Of a stretch of DNA of 34,398 bases, positions 16,026 through 26,138 are shown in pieces. The notes beneath the pieces are model-generated. The model did not search any database. It saw nothing but the letters and a program-made list of their open reading frames with translations, and was not told the origin of the DNA. The number at the start of each line of letters is the position of its first letter. Within the stretch, counting starts at the first letter, position 1. The DNA is from a virus (lineage: Duplodnaviria; Caudoviricetes): IMG/VR virus record IMGVR_UViG_3300020045_006615, positions 1 to 34,398 of that record. The stretch is one strand, 5' to 3'. The position numbers and the translations under genes are program-made.

Positions 16026-16478
16026 TCAAGGTTGAATGCCCAGCTCGTAGCCGGTGCCGTTGTAGGTGATGACGCGGTTGGCGGCTTTCTCAGGCACGCG
16101 GGTGGAAACGTGAATCCAGCTTGTGCGGCTGGTGCGCTCGTAGATGATTTGACCGATTCCGAGAACCGACACCAGCGGAGCCAGCGTCTTGGCGATCTGG
16201 TACGGCGTGCCGTAGGCTGGTGCTACAAAGTCCGCTGCGTGGCCTTGGCTGTGGTCTGAGGTGGTGACACCGCCCACCGCACGATTGACGGCGCTGGCGC
16301 GGTAGCCGCTGGTGACGATCACCGGGCAGTCCAGCGTGGTGCGGATGCGCTCCAGCATCTCGGCCACGCGAATCAGGCGCGGCAGCAGTTCCTGCGGTGG
16401 CGTGTTGTCAAGTTTCAGGCGTGCGGCGGTGTCGCTGCGCGTTAGCTCGACAAGGGTGAAGTGGGGTGTGAGCTTCAT
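16026..16478 (-). CDS. endolysin, peptidase M15 family
   Basis: TSGYR, SDH..G.AAD and WIHVS zinc-ligand motifs. Confidence 0.88.
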   Translation of the reverse strand: MKLTPHFTLVELTRSDTAARLKLDNTPPQELLPRLIRVAEMLERIRTTLDCPVIVTSGYRASAVNRAVGGVTTSDHSQGHAADFVAPAYGTPYQIAKTLAPLVSVLGIGQIIYERTSRTSWIHVSTRVPEKAANRVITYNGTGYELGIQP

Positions 16479-16738
16479 TTGCCAGCCCGCGATGTGGTGG
16501 CCTGCGATTTTTCAATCTGCTCTACCCGCCACACCAGCCGGTCAATGTCGCGGGCCAAGCCAACCGACTGGGTGTTGCCCAGTTTCACGGTGGTCTGCAA
16601 TTCGGCAACGTCCCGGCTCACTTGCGCCAAGGTGAACCACATGCCCACCAGTACAAGGCAAAGGCTGCCCACGGTGGTGATCAGCCACGGTAGCGGCAAC
16701 TGGAAGTCGATGATTCTGGATTCTTTTGGCTCAGTCAC
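16475..16738 (-). CDS. single-TM coiled-coil lysis protein (holin/antiholin or i-spanin-like)
   Basis: N-terminal TM then heptad helix; coupled to the endolysin. Confidence 0.6.
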   Translation of the reverse strand: MTEPKESRIIDFQLPLPWLITTVGSLCLVLVGMWFTLAQVSRDVAELQTTVKLGNTQSVGLARDIDRLVWRVEQIEKSQATTSRAGK

Positions 16739-17150
16739 GGAGTCGTCCTTTCAATGCGAAATCGCCGGGCTTCACGCGGTCCGCGTCTGCCCACAGCAGC
16801 GCGGCACCAGAGGCCTCACTGCAAAACCACAGATGGCGGAAGTGCGGCAGGAACGGCACCACAAACCGGGCTACGCCCAGCCAGTCGTAGCCCTCACCCA
16901 TGTGCCGCTGGAACCAGGCCAGCGCAGCGCCTTCGTCCCCATCCAGATCGAACAGGTCCCAGCGGCCGCTGGTCAGGTCGATCACCTTGGCCCGCACCCC
17001 GCCGTCGCGGTTGGAGCTGCTGTAGCAGACACCGCCGATCACCACCTCGCAATGGCTGTAGATGCTCTTGGTCCACCAGCACACCAGCCGGTGCCAGGCC
17101 TGGTGAAACCAGCCGGTGGCCGGGCCTTTGTAGAGAGCGACAGTCACCAT
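16731..17150 (-). CDS. permuted papain-like (YiiX/YaeF, C92-like) amidase
   Basis: YSHCE His precedes GYDW and WFCSE Cys, the permuted NlpC/P60 order. Confidence 0.7.
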   Translation of the reverse strand: MVTVALYKGPATGWFHQAWHRLVCWWTKSIYSHCEVVIGGVCYSSSNRDGGVRAKVIDLTSGRWDLFDLDGDEGAALAWFQRHMGEGYDWLGVARFVVPFLPHFRHLWFCSEASGAALLWADADRVKPGDFALKGRLRD

Positions 17151-17153
17151 CGC

Positions 17154-17675
17154 TCAGCCAATCCGCGCGCCAATGGCGGCAATGGTGGCCATGACGTTGG
17201 CGTGGGCGGCGCGGGCCTCTTCGTCGGTGGCCGCGCGCAGCACCTCGTATTTGCGCATGCGCTGCACACCCAGCAGGTAGCTGGCGGTGCGCAGGCCGTC
17301 CGCCTGGCCAATGATGATCTGGGTAGCCTCCTGGGGCGTTTTGCCCGATGGCGTGGCGAATGCAGCCACCTGCTGAGGCACTGGGCCGGTGTAGTTGGCT
17401 GCCGCAAACTCACGGGCTTGCGTCTCGCGTGTTTTGTATTCCTCCAAGAACGGCGCGTAGCGGCTGGTGATGGCGGCCACGGCCGCATCGATGTCCGCTG
17501 CCAGCTTGTCCTTGTTCGCGGGTGGTGGTGGCGGCAGACTGAACACCTGTCCGTCCCACACCTCACCAATGCTCGCGGTGTCCGACTGCACCAACGTCAG
17601 GCCGGGCACAGCGTCTGCGCTCTCGGCAAGAATGGCATTCACTGCGATGCCGTTTTCAATGACCATGAATCGCAT
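17154..17675 (-). CDS. tail fibre assembly/accessory protein
   Basis: Follows the fibre; IGEVWDGQVFSLPPP motif and helical C-terminal domain. Confidence 0.6.
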   Translation of the reverse strand: MRFMVIENGIAVNAILAESADAVPGLTLVQSDTASIGEVWDGQVFSLPPPPPANKDKLAADIDAAVAAITSRYAPFLEEYKTRETQAREFAAANYTGPVPQQVAAFATPSGKTPQEATQIIIGQADGLRTASYLLGVQRMRKYEVLRAATDEEARAAHANVMATIAAIGARIG

Positions 17676-17684
17676 GATTTGCCC

Positions 17685-18911
17685 TTAGAAGAATGTGGTG
17701 ATACGGATGCGGCCAGCGCCACCATTGCCGCCTGCACCAGAAGCCGTGCCGTTGGTGGATGGCGCGCCGCCACCGCCACCGCCGGACAAAGTGCCAGCGC
17801 CGCCGTCATAGCGTGTGGTGCCTGCTGCTGTCGGCCCTCCACCGCCACCACCGTTGCGGCCAAGGCCAACACCGCCAGCGGCTTGAACGCCAGCCACGCC
17901 ACCACCTGAGCCGGAAGATTGCTGGGAGCCACCGTCTTGTCCATTGGTAGAGAGGGCGTTGGAGCTGTCGATATATCCGCCACCGCCACCGCCAGCACCA
18001 CCAGAACTTGAGCCTCCGCCAGGGCCATTTGCCCCGCCCGAGCCGCCACCAAAACCTGCGGCAGTAGTTGCCGTTTGACCGCCTCCAAAAGCTCCCCCAG
18101 CCGGGCTATTGATTGCTAAGGTGCCGGCACCAAGTCCAAAAGTACCGGCACCAGAATTCGTTCCACCACCGCCGCCGCCACCACCCGATGCCTTTAAACG
18201 CGTTCCAAAGGTGCAGTCGCCACCGGTGAAACCAGGGTTGCCGTCTGTTGTGTTCGTACCGACCGAAGCACCCCCAGCACCCGCTGCGCCGACCACAACC
18301 GACTCAGTGGCCGCCAACTCAGAAGCCGCGTACATGGCCGAGTTGTGCGCACCACCGCCGCCGCCGCCGCCACCGTACCGATTCGTCCCAGTGGCTCCCC
18401 GACGGCCTGACCCCCCTCCACCGCCCGGTGCGTCGATCTCAACAAGAACCAGCTTTGCACCTGCTGGTTTTGTCCAGGTGCCACTTGAGGTGAACACTTG
18501 AATATCGGACGGTGGCGTGCCAGCAGCGGCTGTGACAGCAACCGTCCACACCGCGTAGGTTCCCGCGCCCGCTACCGACGTGACGTTGACCACCAAGGCC
18601 CCGGTGCCACCGTCGTAGCTGGTGACCTGCCCCAGCATGTAGTTGGTGGGCGTCGTGGTGTAGGCAATCACGATGAATTGCCCTGGAACAAAGCCTTTGC
18701 CAGCCTCAATCGTGAGCGATTTAGAGCCGGTGCCGATGGTGTTGCTGGTGGTGCTGGTGCCCGTGTAGGAGCCGAAACCCAACGTGTTCAAGCGCTCGAT
18801 CTCGGCGTTCAGTTCTGTGGTGAAGTTCGGCAGCGTGGTGCCATAGAGGGTGTTGACCTCGGCCTTGAACGTGGGCGACGTCCGGCTGAGCGATGGGATA
18901 GGCGTGATCAT
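17685..18911 (-). CDS. glycine-rich tail fibre/receptor-binding protein
   Basis: QVFTSSGTWTKPAG motif, many poly-Gly runs, GGAGRIRITTFF end; ATGA-coupled start at 18911. Confidence 0.8.
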   Translation of the reverse strand: MITPIPSLSRTSPTFKAEVNTLYGTTLPNFTTELNAEIERLNTLGFGSYTGTSTTSNTIGTGSKSLTIEAGKGFVPGQFIVIAYTTTPTNYMLGQVTSYDGGTGALVVNVTSVAGAGTYAVWTVAVTAAAGTPPSDIQVFTSSGTWTKPAGAKLVLVEIDAPGGGGGSGRRGATGTNRYGGGGGGGGAHNSAMYAASELAATESVVVGAAGAGGASVGTNTTDGNPGFTGGDCTFGTRLKASGGGGGGGGTNSGAGTFGLGAGTLAINSPAGGAFGGGQTATTAAGFGGGSGGANGPGGGSSSGGAGGGGGGYIDSSNALSTNGQDGGSQQSSGSGGGVAGVQAAGGVGLGRNGGGGGGPTAAGTTRYDGGAGTLSGGGGGGAPSTNGTASGAGGNGGAGRIRITTFF

Positions 18912-19825
18912 GTCAAAGACTCCAATCGGAGGGTGCAGTAATTGATGGTGGGAAAGGCGATGTCCACCGAGAAGTTGGCGTAGAAGCCGTAGACGATCAG
19001 CGACTCGTAGCCGGGCGCGCTGGTGCCAACCCAAAGGCAGGGCTCGCTGCGCAGCTCGGCCAGTAGCCTGTAGACGCGGTTGAGCGCCGTCTGGCTGAAC
19101 ATTTGGCGGGCCTCCACCGTGCTGCTGAAGCGGCGCTTGGTAACGGTGGTACGGCCAAACTCGTTGGTGGTCTTGCGGCTGTAGTCGAGGATGCCGAGCT
19201 GGACACCAAACTCGGTGTCACCCAGGTCATAGGTGGGCCCGAACAGGATCACGCCCACCTCGGCATCGCCGCCTGCCTCTACCGTGACGGTGATTTCGCA
19301 TTGGTCGAACGAACCCGGCAGGTCTGAGAACACCAGCTTGTCGAGCTGCTGTACGGGCTCAAAGAAGAAGTCGTAAAAGTCAGTGATGGAGGCGCCGTCC
19401 AGGTCGTTGACGGTTTTGCTGTAGACCTCGGTGCCACCGGGTTCGTCTTTCATCGACACGGTGACCGAAGATGCGTTGACGATCTCGATCAGCCCGAGTG
19501 AATTGACGCCCACACCGGGCTGGAACACGTACTGGATCGAGCCCGCCCGCTTGGTGGTGCTGCCGATCTCCCGGTCAAACACCGCCCACTTGTTGGTCGG
19601 CCCGATATCCAGCCAGCGCGGAACTTCTTCCAAAGCTGCCACCTCGGGCGTGGTGGCGTTGACGCCTGCGATCAGGTTCTCGTAGATGCGGTGGGTTTCG
19701 GTACGGATGATCAGGTCGCCGACGGTATAGCTGGTGGCGGCATTCCACACAGGGTGGTCGTCTTCCAGCACGTTGCTGCTGAGCAGCACGGCATCGGTGA
19801 CGGTAACGAGCTTGGTGACGTTCAT
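18908..19825 (-). CDS. minor tail (distal-tail-like) protein
   Basis: Position after TMP; WNAATSYTVGD carbohydrate-binding-like motif; DYSRKTTNEFG. Confidence 0.7.
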   Translation of the reverse strand: MNVTKLVTVTDAVLLSSNVLEDDHPVWNAATSYTVGDLIIRTETHRIYENLIAGVNATTPEVAALEEVPRWLDIGPTNKWAVFDREIGSTTKRAGSIQYVFQPGVGVNSLGLIEIVNASSVTVSMKDEPGGTEVYSKTVNDLDGASITDFYDFFFEPVQQLDKLVFSDLPGSFDQCEITVTVEAGGDAEVGVILFGPTYDLGDTEFGVQLGILDYSRKTTNEFGRTTVTKRRFSSTVEARQMFSQTALNRVYRLLAELRSEPCLWVGTSAPGYESLIVYGFYANFSVDIAFPTINYCTLRLESLT

Positions 19826-19827
19826 GC

Positions 19828-20454
19828 TTATCCGACCAGTGCGGTGAAAGACGTGCCGGGTTGCAGCACCGCGTTGGAGCCGCCCACCTCGCTGGCAAAG
19901 ACGATGCTCACAGTACAAGCGGCGTCGGTGTTGTTGAACAGCGTGGCCTGTAGTGCCGCGCCGTTGTTGCCGGCAGTGGAATTGGGGCCGATCACTGTGA
20001 AGTCCGCCGTGGCGCCTGCAGCGACAGTCACCACGTCCGCGTCCGTCTGGGCATTGGCCGCCGAGGCGTTTTGCTGGTTCACAATGACCGCCCATGAGCC
20101 GACAACAGAGCCCGTGCTGCCGCCAGCTGCAACCCGGAAGCCATAAACAAGCCCAGTTGTGATGGCCGCAAGCGTGGCGGCGCCTTGCGAGGTCAGTTGC
20201 GCTTTGGCGCCAGCGGGCAGATTGAAAGACAGGCCAGTCACGACAGCCGGCGTGGTGGTGCCGTTGGTCTGCGTGGCTGAAATCGCAGCACCTTCGAGAG
20301 TGACGCCGCCACCCACACCCAGAAACGCCGCCAACGTGGAAATCTTGGCGTGGCCAGTGGTGCCGTCTGGAAGCTGCACGGGCAGGCCAGCATCGCTTTC
20401 CAGCGCCATGAGCTCGGTGAGCTCCAGGATTCTTTTGATTTGCGCGGTGACCAT
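19828..20454 (-). CDS. putative virion protein
   Basis: Ala/Thr/Val-rich beta protein starting 1 nt after the TMP stop. Confidence 0.6.
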   Translation of the reverse strand: MVTAQIKRILELTELMALESDAGLPVQLPDGTTGHAKISTLAAFLGVGGGVTLEGAAISATQTNGTTTPAVVTGLSFNLPAGAKAQLTSQGAATLAAITTGLVYGFRVAAGGSTGSVVGSWAVIVNQQNASAANAQTDADVVTVAAGATADFTVIGPNSTAGNNGAALQATLFNNTDAACTVSIVFASEVGGSNAVLQPGTSFTALVG

Positions 20455-20455
20455 G

Positions 20456-23400
20456 TCAGACCCCAAGCACCACGGTGGCGGCGCCTTCGCTTTCGCGGGT
20501 TTCCGGTAGGCCGTCACCGTTCCAGATTTCCAGCAAGCGGGTCATGTCTGCGGTGTTCTTTGCCACGGTGGCCATGCCCACCATCAGCGTCTTCTCCAGC
20601 TGCTCAAGGCGCTTTTCGACGCCGCTGTTGTCCAGCAGCGCGTTCGTCTGGCTGTTGCTGAAGATGCGCGATGGGGGGGTGAACTCCAGCTCGCGGCCTG
20701 CCTCGCCCACCATGCGCCAACCGCCTGCATGCTCGCCACCGGTTGCAAAGCCAGGTATGCGATAGCGGGCCAGTTCGTCTGTGGTGATCGGGCTGGTGCC
20801 GCCAGGGCCCGTGCCGAGACCTTCCTGCAAAAAGTTGAGGTCGCGGTAGCTGTCGATCAGCTCGCGGTTGGCGTTGGCGATGCCGAGCGCCGCCGCGATC
20901 TGCTGATTCGCTTGCAGCGTGCCGTAACCTGTGGGGCCTTTCAGCGCCGCGTTCGGGTCAAGGGTGAAGTTGTCGCCGCCGAACCCGCCTGCAGCCAGGT
21001 CGCGAAAGTCAACGCCGTAGTTGGAGCCACCGAATACGCTGCCCGGCAGATACGCTGCACCAGACGCCTCGAGCTGACTGGCAAGGTCAAGGAGTGATTG
21101 GTTGAGGGTTTCGCGGTCTTGGCCAGATTGAACGAGCAAACGGGCGACGTCTTGGTTGTCGACGCCAGTGCTGGTTTGCAAGATGCCCGCACCATCCACG
21201 TTGGCAAACACCAGGTTTCCGCGAGCATCCTTGGCAACCACAAAGTTGCCCGCCTGCGCCAGGATGTTGTCGGCGCCGTAAGCACCTGCGGCGGTAACAC
21301 CGCCACCACCGCTAAACCCGCCACCTTCACCACCACCAAACCCGCCGGCAGAAACCGCAACGTCGGCCACTGCCTGCTCAATGCCCAGAATCGCATCGCG
21401 CACCGACAGAACCGACTCGTTCAGTGTGATCAGGCTGCTGACTTGCGCGGTCAGGATGGCTTTCTGTGCCTCGGCCTCTACCGCCGCAGCGGATGCGGTT
21501 TGCAGCGCTGCAATGGCCTCGGCAACCGACAGCACCGACTGGTCAACAGTCAACAGGCCAGCAACCTGCTGGTTCAGCGCCTCAAGCTGCTGCTCTGAGA
21601 TGGTCTTTTGCGCTTCGGCAAAGTCGATCACGCCTTCGGTGGCCACCTGAACGCGGGCGATTTCGCGCAGCATATCCACGCGGGTTGCAGCGGTCAGGCT
21701 GGCGGCGTCTACATAGTCGCGGCCTGCGCCTGGAATGTTGCGGGCAGCGTCTGCGTCACCACCCAGCGCGGCGGCGATGGTGGCATTGAAGCGGGCGCGC
21801 AGCCGGGCCGTGGACTGTTCTGGCGTGTCGGCAATGCCGTTCAGGTCGGAGACAAAGGCGCGGAGCGATTGAGCCAGTTCGCCAAAACCGTCAGCGGCTT
21901 GGCGCAGCACACCGGCTTCGCGCTGGTAGGCCTGCTCAAGTGCCTGCACAGCCGATTCACGCGCAGCAATGATGGCATCAAGAGCGCGGATTTCGGCCTC
22001 GTACGCTTGGCGCAATGCCTGCTCTGCCTCCGTGCGGGCGCTGGCGGCTGCTGTTGCGGCTGCTGTTGCTGCGGTGGCGGCTTCCTGCGCCTGTAGCGCG
22101 TTGGCTTCCTCAATAGCCCTGCGGCCTGCGAGCACATCGCGGCGGTCGGCGGCGGCGGTTGCCTCGGCTTCTGTGGCTGCGCGGAGTCCTGCGTTCGTAT
22201 TGATTAACCCGAAGGCACGACTGGCTTCTGCGATGGCCTCGGCAGCGGACGATGCAGCGGGCACCACGCTGGCGAACGTGCTTTCCAGCTTGAGCAATTC
22301 AGCCACCACAGGCGAAGTTGCACCGTGAAGGCGTTGCTGTTCTTCCACCAGGGCACGGAATTCCTCGCGGGTGGTGGCGCCGGCCGTGCCCAGCTCAAAA
22401 AACCGCTGGCGCAGCGCTTCGACGGTCTTGGCCGTGCGCTCCTGCTCGGTGTAAAAGTTCTCGTAGTAGCTCTGGGCCACCTGAGAAAATTGCTCGGCAC
22501 CACCAAACAAGTCGATGAACTGTTGCGCTGCATCTGGCGCGGCCTTACTCACATCAATCAGTGCCAAGCCAAGCGCATCAAATACGCCATTGACCGTGTT
22601 CAGCGCACCAACCAATCGGGCAAGCGTCTGGGATGCGCTCTCGCCTTCGCGTGTGTATTCCTCGGTGCCAAGCGCGAACGCGGCCAACTGTTCATTCGCA
22701 CTGACCAGCGCGGCCTCGATCTTTGCAATGATTTCGTCTTGCGTCAGGCCTTGCGTCTTGATGCCGAAGCCGCCCGTGTCGGGGTGGATTAGGTCATTAC
22801 CCAGCCGGACGGTGAACGTCTTGATGGCGTCGTTGCCGATGCCCAACTGTTCGGCCATGCCAGCAACAGTCGTGCGGATGGCGTTGTAGCTGTCTTGCAG
22901 CGCTTGGTTTTGTGCGGATACGCCCTGGTCAAGTACACGGTAGCTGGGGCCGCTGAACAGGGTGCCGCCCTTGCGCTGCAATGCGTAATCGTTGACTTGC
23001 CCGCCTAGTTCACCTTGCAGGCCGCCGTCAACGATCTTTTTGCTGCGGAACACGCCAAGGGCGTTCAACACCGCCAGCGCGGCCACCACGTAGGGGCCAG
23101 CGGCTGCTGCCGAGGCGTACAAGCTGCTACCACCCGCTGCAGTGGCACCCCCTGCGGCAGCGCCAGCTCCTGCCGCCGCAGTCCCAGCACCGGCAGCAAC
23201 GCCTCCAAAAGAACCGTTGGCCGCAATGAACGCACCCAGAGCATCGCCGCCAATAGACCCAACGAGGTTGGCGTAGGCCAATGATCCAGTTGCAGCGCCA
23301 GCCGTAGAGCCCGCACCGAAAAAGCTCGTAAGCGTGGACACCGAGCTCGAAAATCCGGTTGCAGCCTGCGCAAGTCCCTGGGCTGTATTGAGGTTTTGCA

Positions 23401-25294
23401 GCGCGCCTAATGCGCCTGATGTGTTTCCGGTTCCTCCAGCTGCTTGAGCCAGGCCAGTGATGCCAGCGCCAACACCACCCACCACCCCCTGAATCACCAG
23501 CTTGAGAACCGTGGTCTTGAACAGGTTTTTGATGCCGTTCCACAGCGTCGAGAAAAAGCCACGGCCCGCTTCAAAGGCGCGGAACAGTGAGTCGGTCAGG
23601 CCGCGTTCGAGGTCGTCGGTAAAACGCTTCCACTCGTTTGCGGCGTCTTGCGCGGCTTGCTTGTTGACCTCGCGGGCGTCTTTGTTGCCCGTCAGTTCGG
23701 CAATGCGCTTGCGTGCGGCGATTTCGTCTTCCAGCGCCTTGATGACAGCGGGGTCGCGCTCGGACAGGCGGCGCTCTTCCAGCTTGGCGACGTTGACCAG
23801 TTCGACAGCGCGGGCAAGGCTGATGTTCAGCGTTTCAGCTAGGCGCTCGGCTTCGGCTTCGATTTCGAGCGCGGTGATGCGGTCGCGCTGGGTGGTGACG
23901 CCCTTACGCAGCGCATCAACCATGGCCTCGTACTGCTTCAGTCCGTCAGCTTCCGCGTCCGCTACCTGCTTGATGGCGTCGGCTTGCTCTTTGATTAGCT
24001 TGTTTGCGCCAGGCTGTCGAGCGATCAACTCCTGAACTTTTTCTACGTACTGCGCCTCGGTGATCTCACCCTTGACTCGAATCTTGTCTAGGCGCACCAA
24101 GTCTTCGATGTAAGTGCCCGTAACCCCACCAAGCTCAGCCAACAGCTTGCGCTGCTCTTCCAGCTCTTTGTTTGCAGCCTTGAGTGCGGCGTTGTCGCCA
24201 CCCGGCAACTTGAGGTCGCGGCCTTTTGTGCGGGCGTTTTCGGCGGCGGTGCCTGCGGCCTCTGCCTTAGCCTTTTCTGCGTCCAGCACCTTGCCGTAGT
24301 TTTGCGCCACAGCCAGCTCTTCGCGGCGAAGCTTGACGGCCCTGGTTAGCCGCTCTACGTTGGCTTGATCGTTACGGCTGCGGGCCTTGTCAAGCGCGTT
24401 TTCGGCGGCGAGTACGGCCTCGGTTCCTTTGACAATGGCGACGTTGTTTTTGTAAGCGTCGTCTCCCGTCAACAGGGTTTGAATTCCAGCAACAACCGCT
24501 GCCAGCTTTCCCCCCTCTATGGCGGCGTCCGCCATGGCCTTTACAGCGGCCCCTAACCCGGCAACAAAGTCACCGGCAAAGCTGATGGCCAGCTTCTGGC
24601 TAGATACCTGTACGCGGGTCAGGTTGTCATTGAATTCCTCGGCGCTTTTTGCAAACTCTGCGCCTATGGTCAGGCCAAGCTTGTCCGCCTCGCTCTGAAG
24701 CCCTTTGATGGCGTCCGAGCCTTGGTTAAGGAACGGAACCATCTCGTCGCCAGCCTTGCCCAGCAGGCCAACGGCAATAGCAGTCTTGGCGGCGCTGTCC
24801 TTGGCGGTTGAGAAGCTGTTGGCGATCTCAAGCAAAACCTTGTCCGCACTTTTAGTCTGCCCCTCAGTGGTTTTGAGAGTGACCCCCAAAGACTGGAAGA
24901 GAGCAATCTTTTCCTTGTCTCCCGATATGCCCTGGGCAATGCTGACATTCAGCTTCTTGATGGCCGTATTCAGGGATTCCGTGCCAACGTCTGAGAGCTT
25001 CGATGCGTACTGAAGCTGGGAAAGCGATTCAGCGGCGATGCCTGTACGCTGAGTCAGCTTGTTGATGCTGTCGGCAAGGTCAATCGCACCCTTGACCGCT
25101 GAAGAAAAGCCACTCAGCAAAGCGCCAAACGACAGCGCACCACCAATCAAACCAAGCGCACGGGTCGCCGCAGCAGCGGACGCCTGCATTTTGTCCGTGG
25201 CCGACTGAACCGTATTGGCGGCGCGGCTCATGTCGGCTTGCAGACGCGCCACGTTCGCGGCCATCTCAATGGTGAGGGATGCGACTGTGGTCAT
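20456..25294 (-). CDS. tail tape measure protein
   Basis: 1612 aa, Ala-rich helical; C-terminal GFATGG..GGWRMVGEAGRELE motif; follows the chaperone genes. Confidence 0.92.
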   Translation of the reverse strand: MTTVASLTIEMAANVARLQADMSRAANTVQSATDKMQASAAAATRALGLIGGALSFGALLSGFSSAVKGAIDLADSINKLTQRTGIAAESLSQLQYASKLSDVGTESLNTAIKKLNVSIAQGISGDKEKIALFQSLGVTLKTTEGQTKSADKVLLEIANSFSTAKDSAAKTAIAVGLLGKAGDEMVPFLNQGSDAIKGLQSEADKLGLTIGAEFAKSAEEFNDNLTRVQVSSQKLAISFAGDFVAGLGAAVKAMADAAIEGGKLAAVVAGIQTLLTGDDAYKNNVAIVKGTEAVLAAENALDKARSRNDQANVERLTRAVKLRREELAVAQNYGKVLDAEKAKAEAAGTAAENARTKGRDLKLPGGDNAALKAANKELEEQRKLLAELGGVTGTYIEDLVRLDKIRVKGEITEAQYVEKVQELIARQPGANKLIKEQADAIKQVADAEADGLKQYEAMVDALRKGVTTQRDRITALEIEAEAERLAETLNISLARAVELVNVAKLEERRLSERDPAVIKALEDEIAARKRIAELTGNKDAREVNKQAAQDAANEWKRFTDDLERGLTDSLFRAFEAGRGFFSTLWNGIKNLFKTTVLKLVIQGVVGGVGAGITGLAQAAGGTGNTSGALGALQNLNTAQGLAQAATGFSSSVSTLTSFFGAGSTAGAATGSLAYANLVGSIGGDALGAFIAANGSFGGVAAGAGTAAAGAGAAAGGATAAGGSSLYASAAAAGPYVVAALAVLNALGVFRSKKIVDGGLQGELGGQVNDYALQRKGGTLFSGPSYRVLDQGVSAQNQALQDSYNAIRTTVAGMAEQLGIGNDAIKTFTVRLGNDLIHPDTGGFGIKTQGLTQDEIIAKIEAALVSANEQLAAFALGTEEYTREGESASQTLARLVGALNTVNGVFDALGLALIDVSKAAPDAAQQFIDLFGGAEQFSQVAQSYYENFYTEQERTAKTVEALRQRFFELGTAGATTREEFRALVEEQQRLHGATSPVVAELLKLESTFASVVPAASSAAEAIAEASRAFGLINTNAGLRAATEAEATAAADRRDVLAGRRAIEEANALQAQEAATAATAAATAAASARTEAEQALRQAYEAEIRALDAIIAARESAVQALEQAYQREAGVLRQAADGFGELAQSLRAFVSDLNGIADTPEQSTARLRARFNATIAAALGGDADAARNIPGAGRDYVDAASLTAATRVDMLREIARVQVATEGVIDFAEAQKTISEQQLEALNQQVAGLLTVDQSVLSVAEAIAALQTASAAAVEAEAQKAILTAQVSSLITLNESVLSVRDAILGIEQAVADVAVSAGGFGGGEGGGFSGGGGVTAAGAYGADNILAQAGNFVVAKDARGNLVFANVDGAGILQTSTGVDNQDVARLLVQSGQDRETLNQSLLDLASQLEASGAAYLPGSVFGGSNYGVDFRDLAAGGFGGDNFTLDPNAALKGPTGYGTLQANQQIAAALGIANANRELIDSYRDLNFLQEGLGTGPGGTSPITTDELARYRIPGFATGGEHAGGWRMVGEAGRELEFTPPSRIFSNSQTNALLDNSGVEKRLEQLEKTLMVGMATVAKNTADMTRLLEIWNGDGLPETRESEGAATVVLGV

Positions 25295-25758
25295 TTCTTG
25301 CGTGTTTGTTGGAGTGCTTTGAAGACGTTGGCCACTTTTTTGCTCACAATTTCCCGGTCGAATTCGTTGGCCGCGTCACCAAAAGGCGGCGGACATTCGG
25401 GCTTTTCTGATTCGTGCGACTGGTTGACATAAGCGCGGCTCATGTCCAGCAAGGTCTGGAATTCCCAAGGCGCTAAATCGGCCTGCCTGCCCTGCTGCCA
25501 GGCGCGAAGCTCGGCAGAGGACAGCGGCACAACGCCTTGGCCGGTGGGCATTACCTGCCCCACCGCGTACCAGTGGCCCACCATGTAGGCCGCGTCCACC
25601 TCGGGCAACAGCGGAGTCCCGCCGTTGTCTTCAATCCGCTTGGCGCGGGTCTTGGCGTCTTCCTTTTTCTGTTTGCCAACAACCGGCGCGGAGTTCATCC
25701 ATGCCGATTGCCGTGCAAACAAGATCAGGTCGTCGCGCCACCCTTGAAGAAGTTTCCC
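25291..25758 (-). CDS. tail assembly chaperone T segment (GT frameshift product)
   Basis: The -1 frame is open from the slippery site (KLLQGWRDDLILFARQ...) to the TMP start. Confidence 0.75.
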   Translation of the reverse strand, partial: GKLLQGWRDDLILFARQSAWMNSAPVVGKQKKEDAKTRAKRIEDNGGTPLLPEVDAAYMVGHWYAVGQVMPTGQGVVPLSSAELRAWQQGRQADLAPWEFQTLLDMSRAYVNQSHESEKPECPPPFGDAANEFDREIVSKKVANVFKALQQTRKK

Positions 25759-26138
25759 AAGTCATTCAGGTGGCCGCGCACCTGGTCGGGCAGGTACTTC
25801 AACTTGGTTTCGCGGTAGATGGCTTCCACGCCGCCAGGAAACGGGAAGTTGTCAATGCGCTCGGTCACGGCGACAAGGAACTTCACATCGGCGTCTTTGT
25901 CTTCTTCGTCCTTCTTGCGGCCTTTGGCGGCGGCGGACACGATACGCTTCATAGCCTCTTTGTCCATCGCCTCTTTGGCTTTGATGAACCGGGCGGTAGA
26001 CGGGCCGTACACATGGACGGTGACGCGCTTGCCGCTGAACTCCATTGGGTCGCCGTTGGGCAGGTCGATTTCAACCTTTGACGTTTCGGTCAGGAAGTAG
26101 GCGGAAAAGTCGGGGGCTTCGGCAGCTTCTTTGGTCAT
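25725..26138 (-). CDS. tail assembly chaperone G
   Basis: MTKEAAEAPDF start; between major tail and TMP; ends just after G-GGA-AAC. Confidence 0.8.
   Translation of the reverse strand: MTKEAAEAPDFSAYFLTETSKVEIDLPNGDPMEFSGKRVTVHVYGPSTARFIKAKEAMDKEAMKRIVSAAAKGRKKDEEDKDADVKFLVAVTERIDNFPFPGGVEAIYRETKLKYLPDQVRGHLNDLGNFFKGGATT
25752..25758 (-). other. -1 programmed ribosomal frameshift site GGGAAAC
   Basis: X-XXY-YYZ heptamer in the correct phase near the end of G, as in lambda G/T. Confidence 0.85.

Noticed and set aside
16461-17909. 482-aa plus-strand ORF
   Set aside because: Antisense to GC-rich late genes, low-complexity product, no promoter or coupling context
17685-18500. CCG/CCA repeats as possible array, DGR or invertible segment
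   Set aside because: Explained by poly-Gly codons; no reverse transcriptase, invertase or TR/VR pair seen
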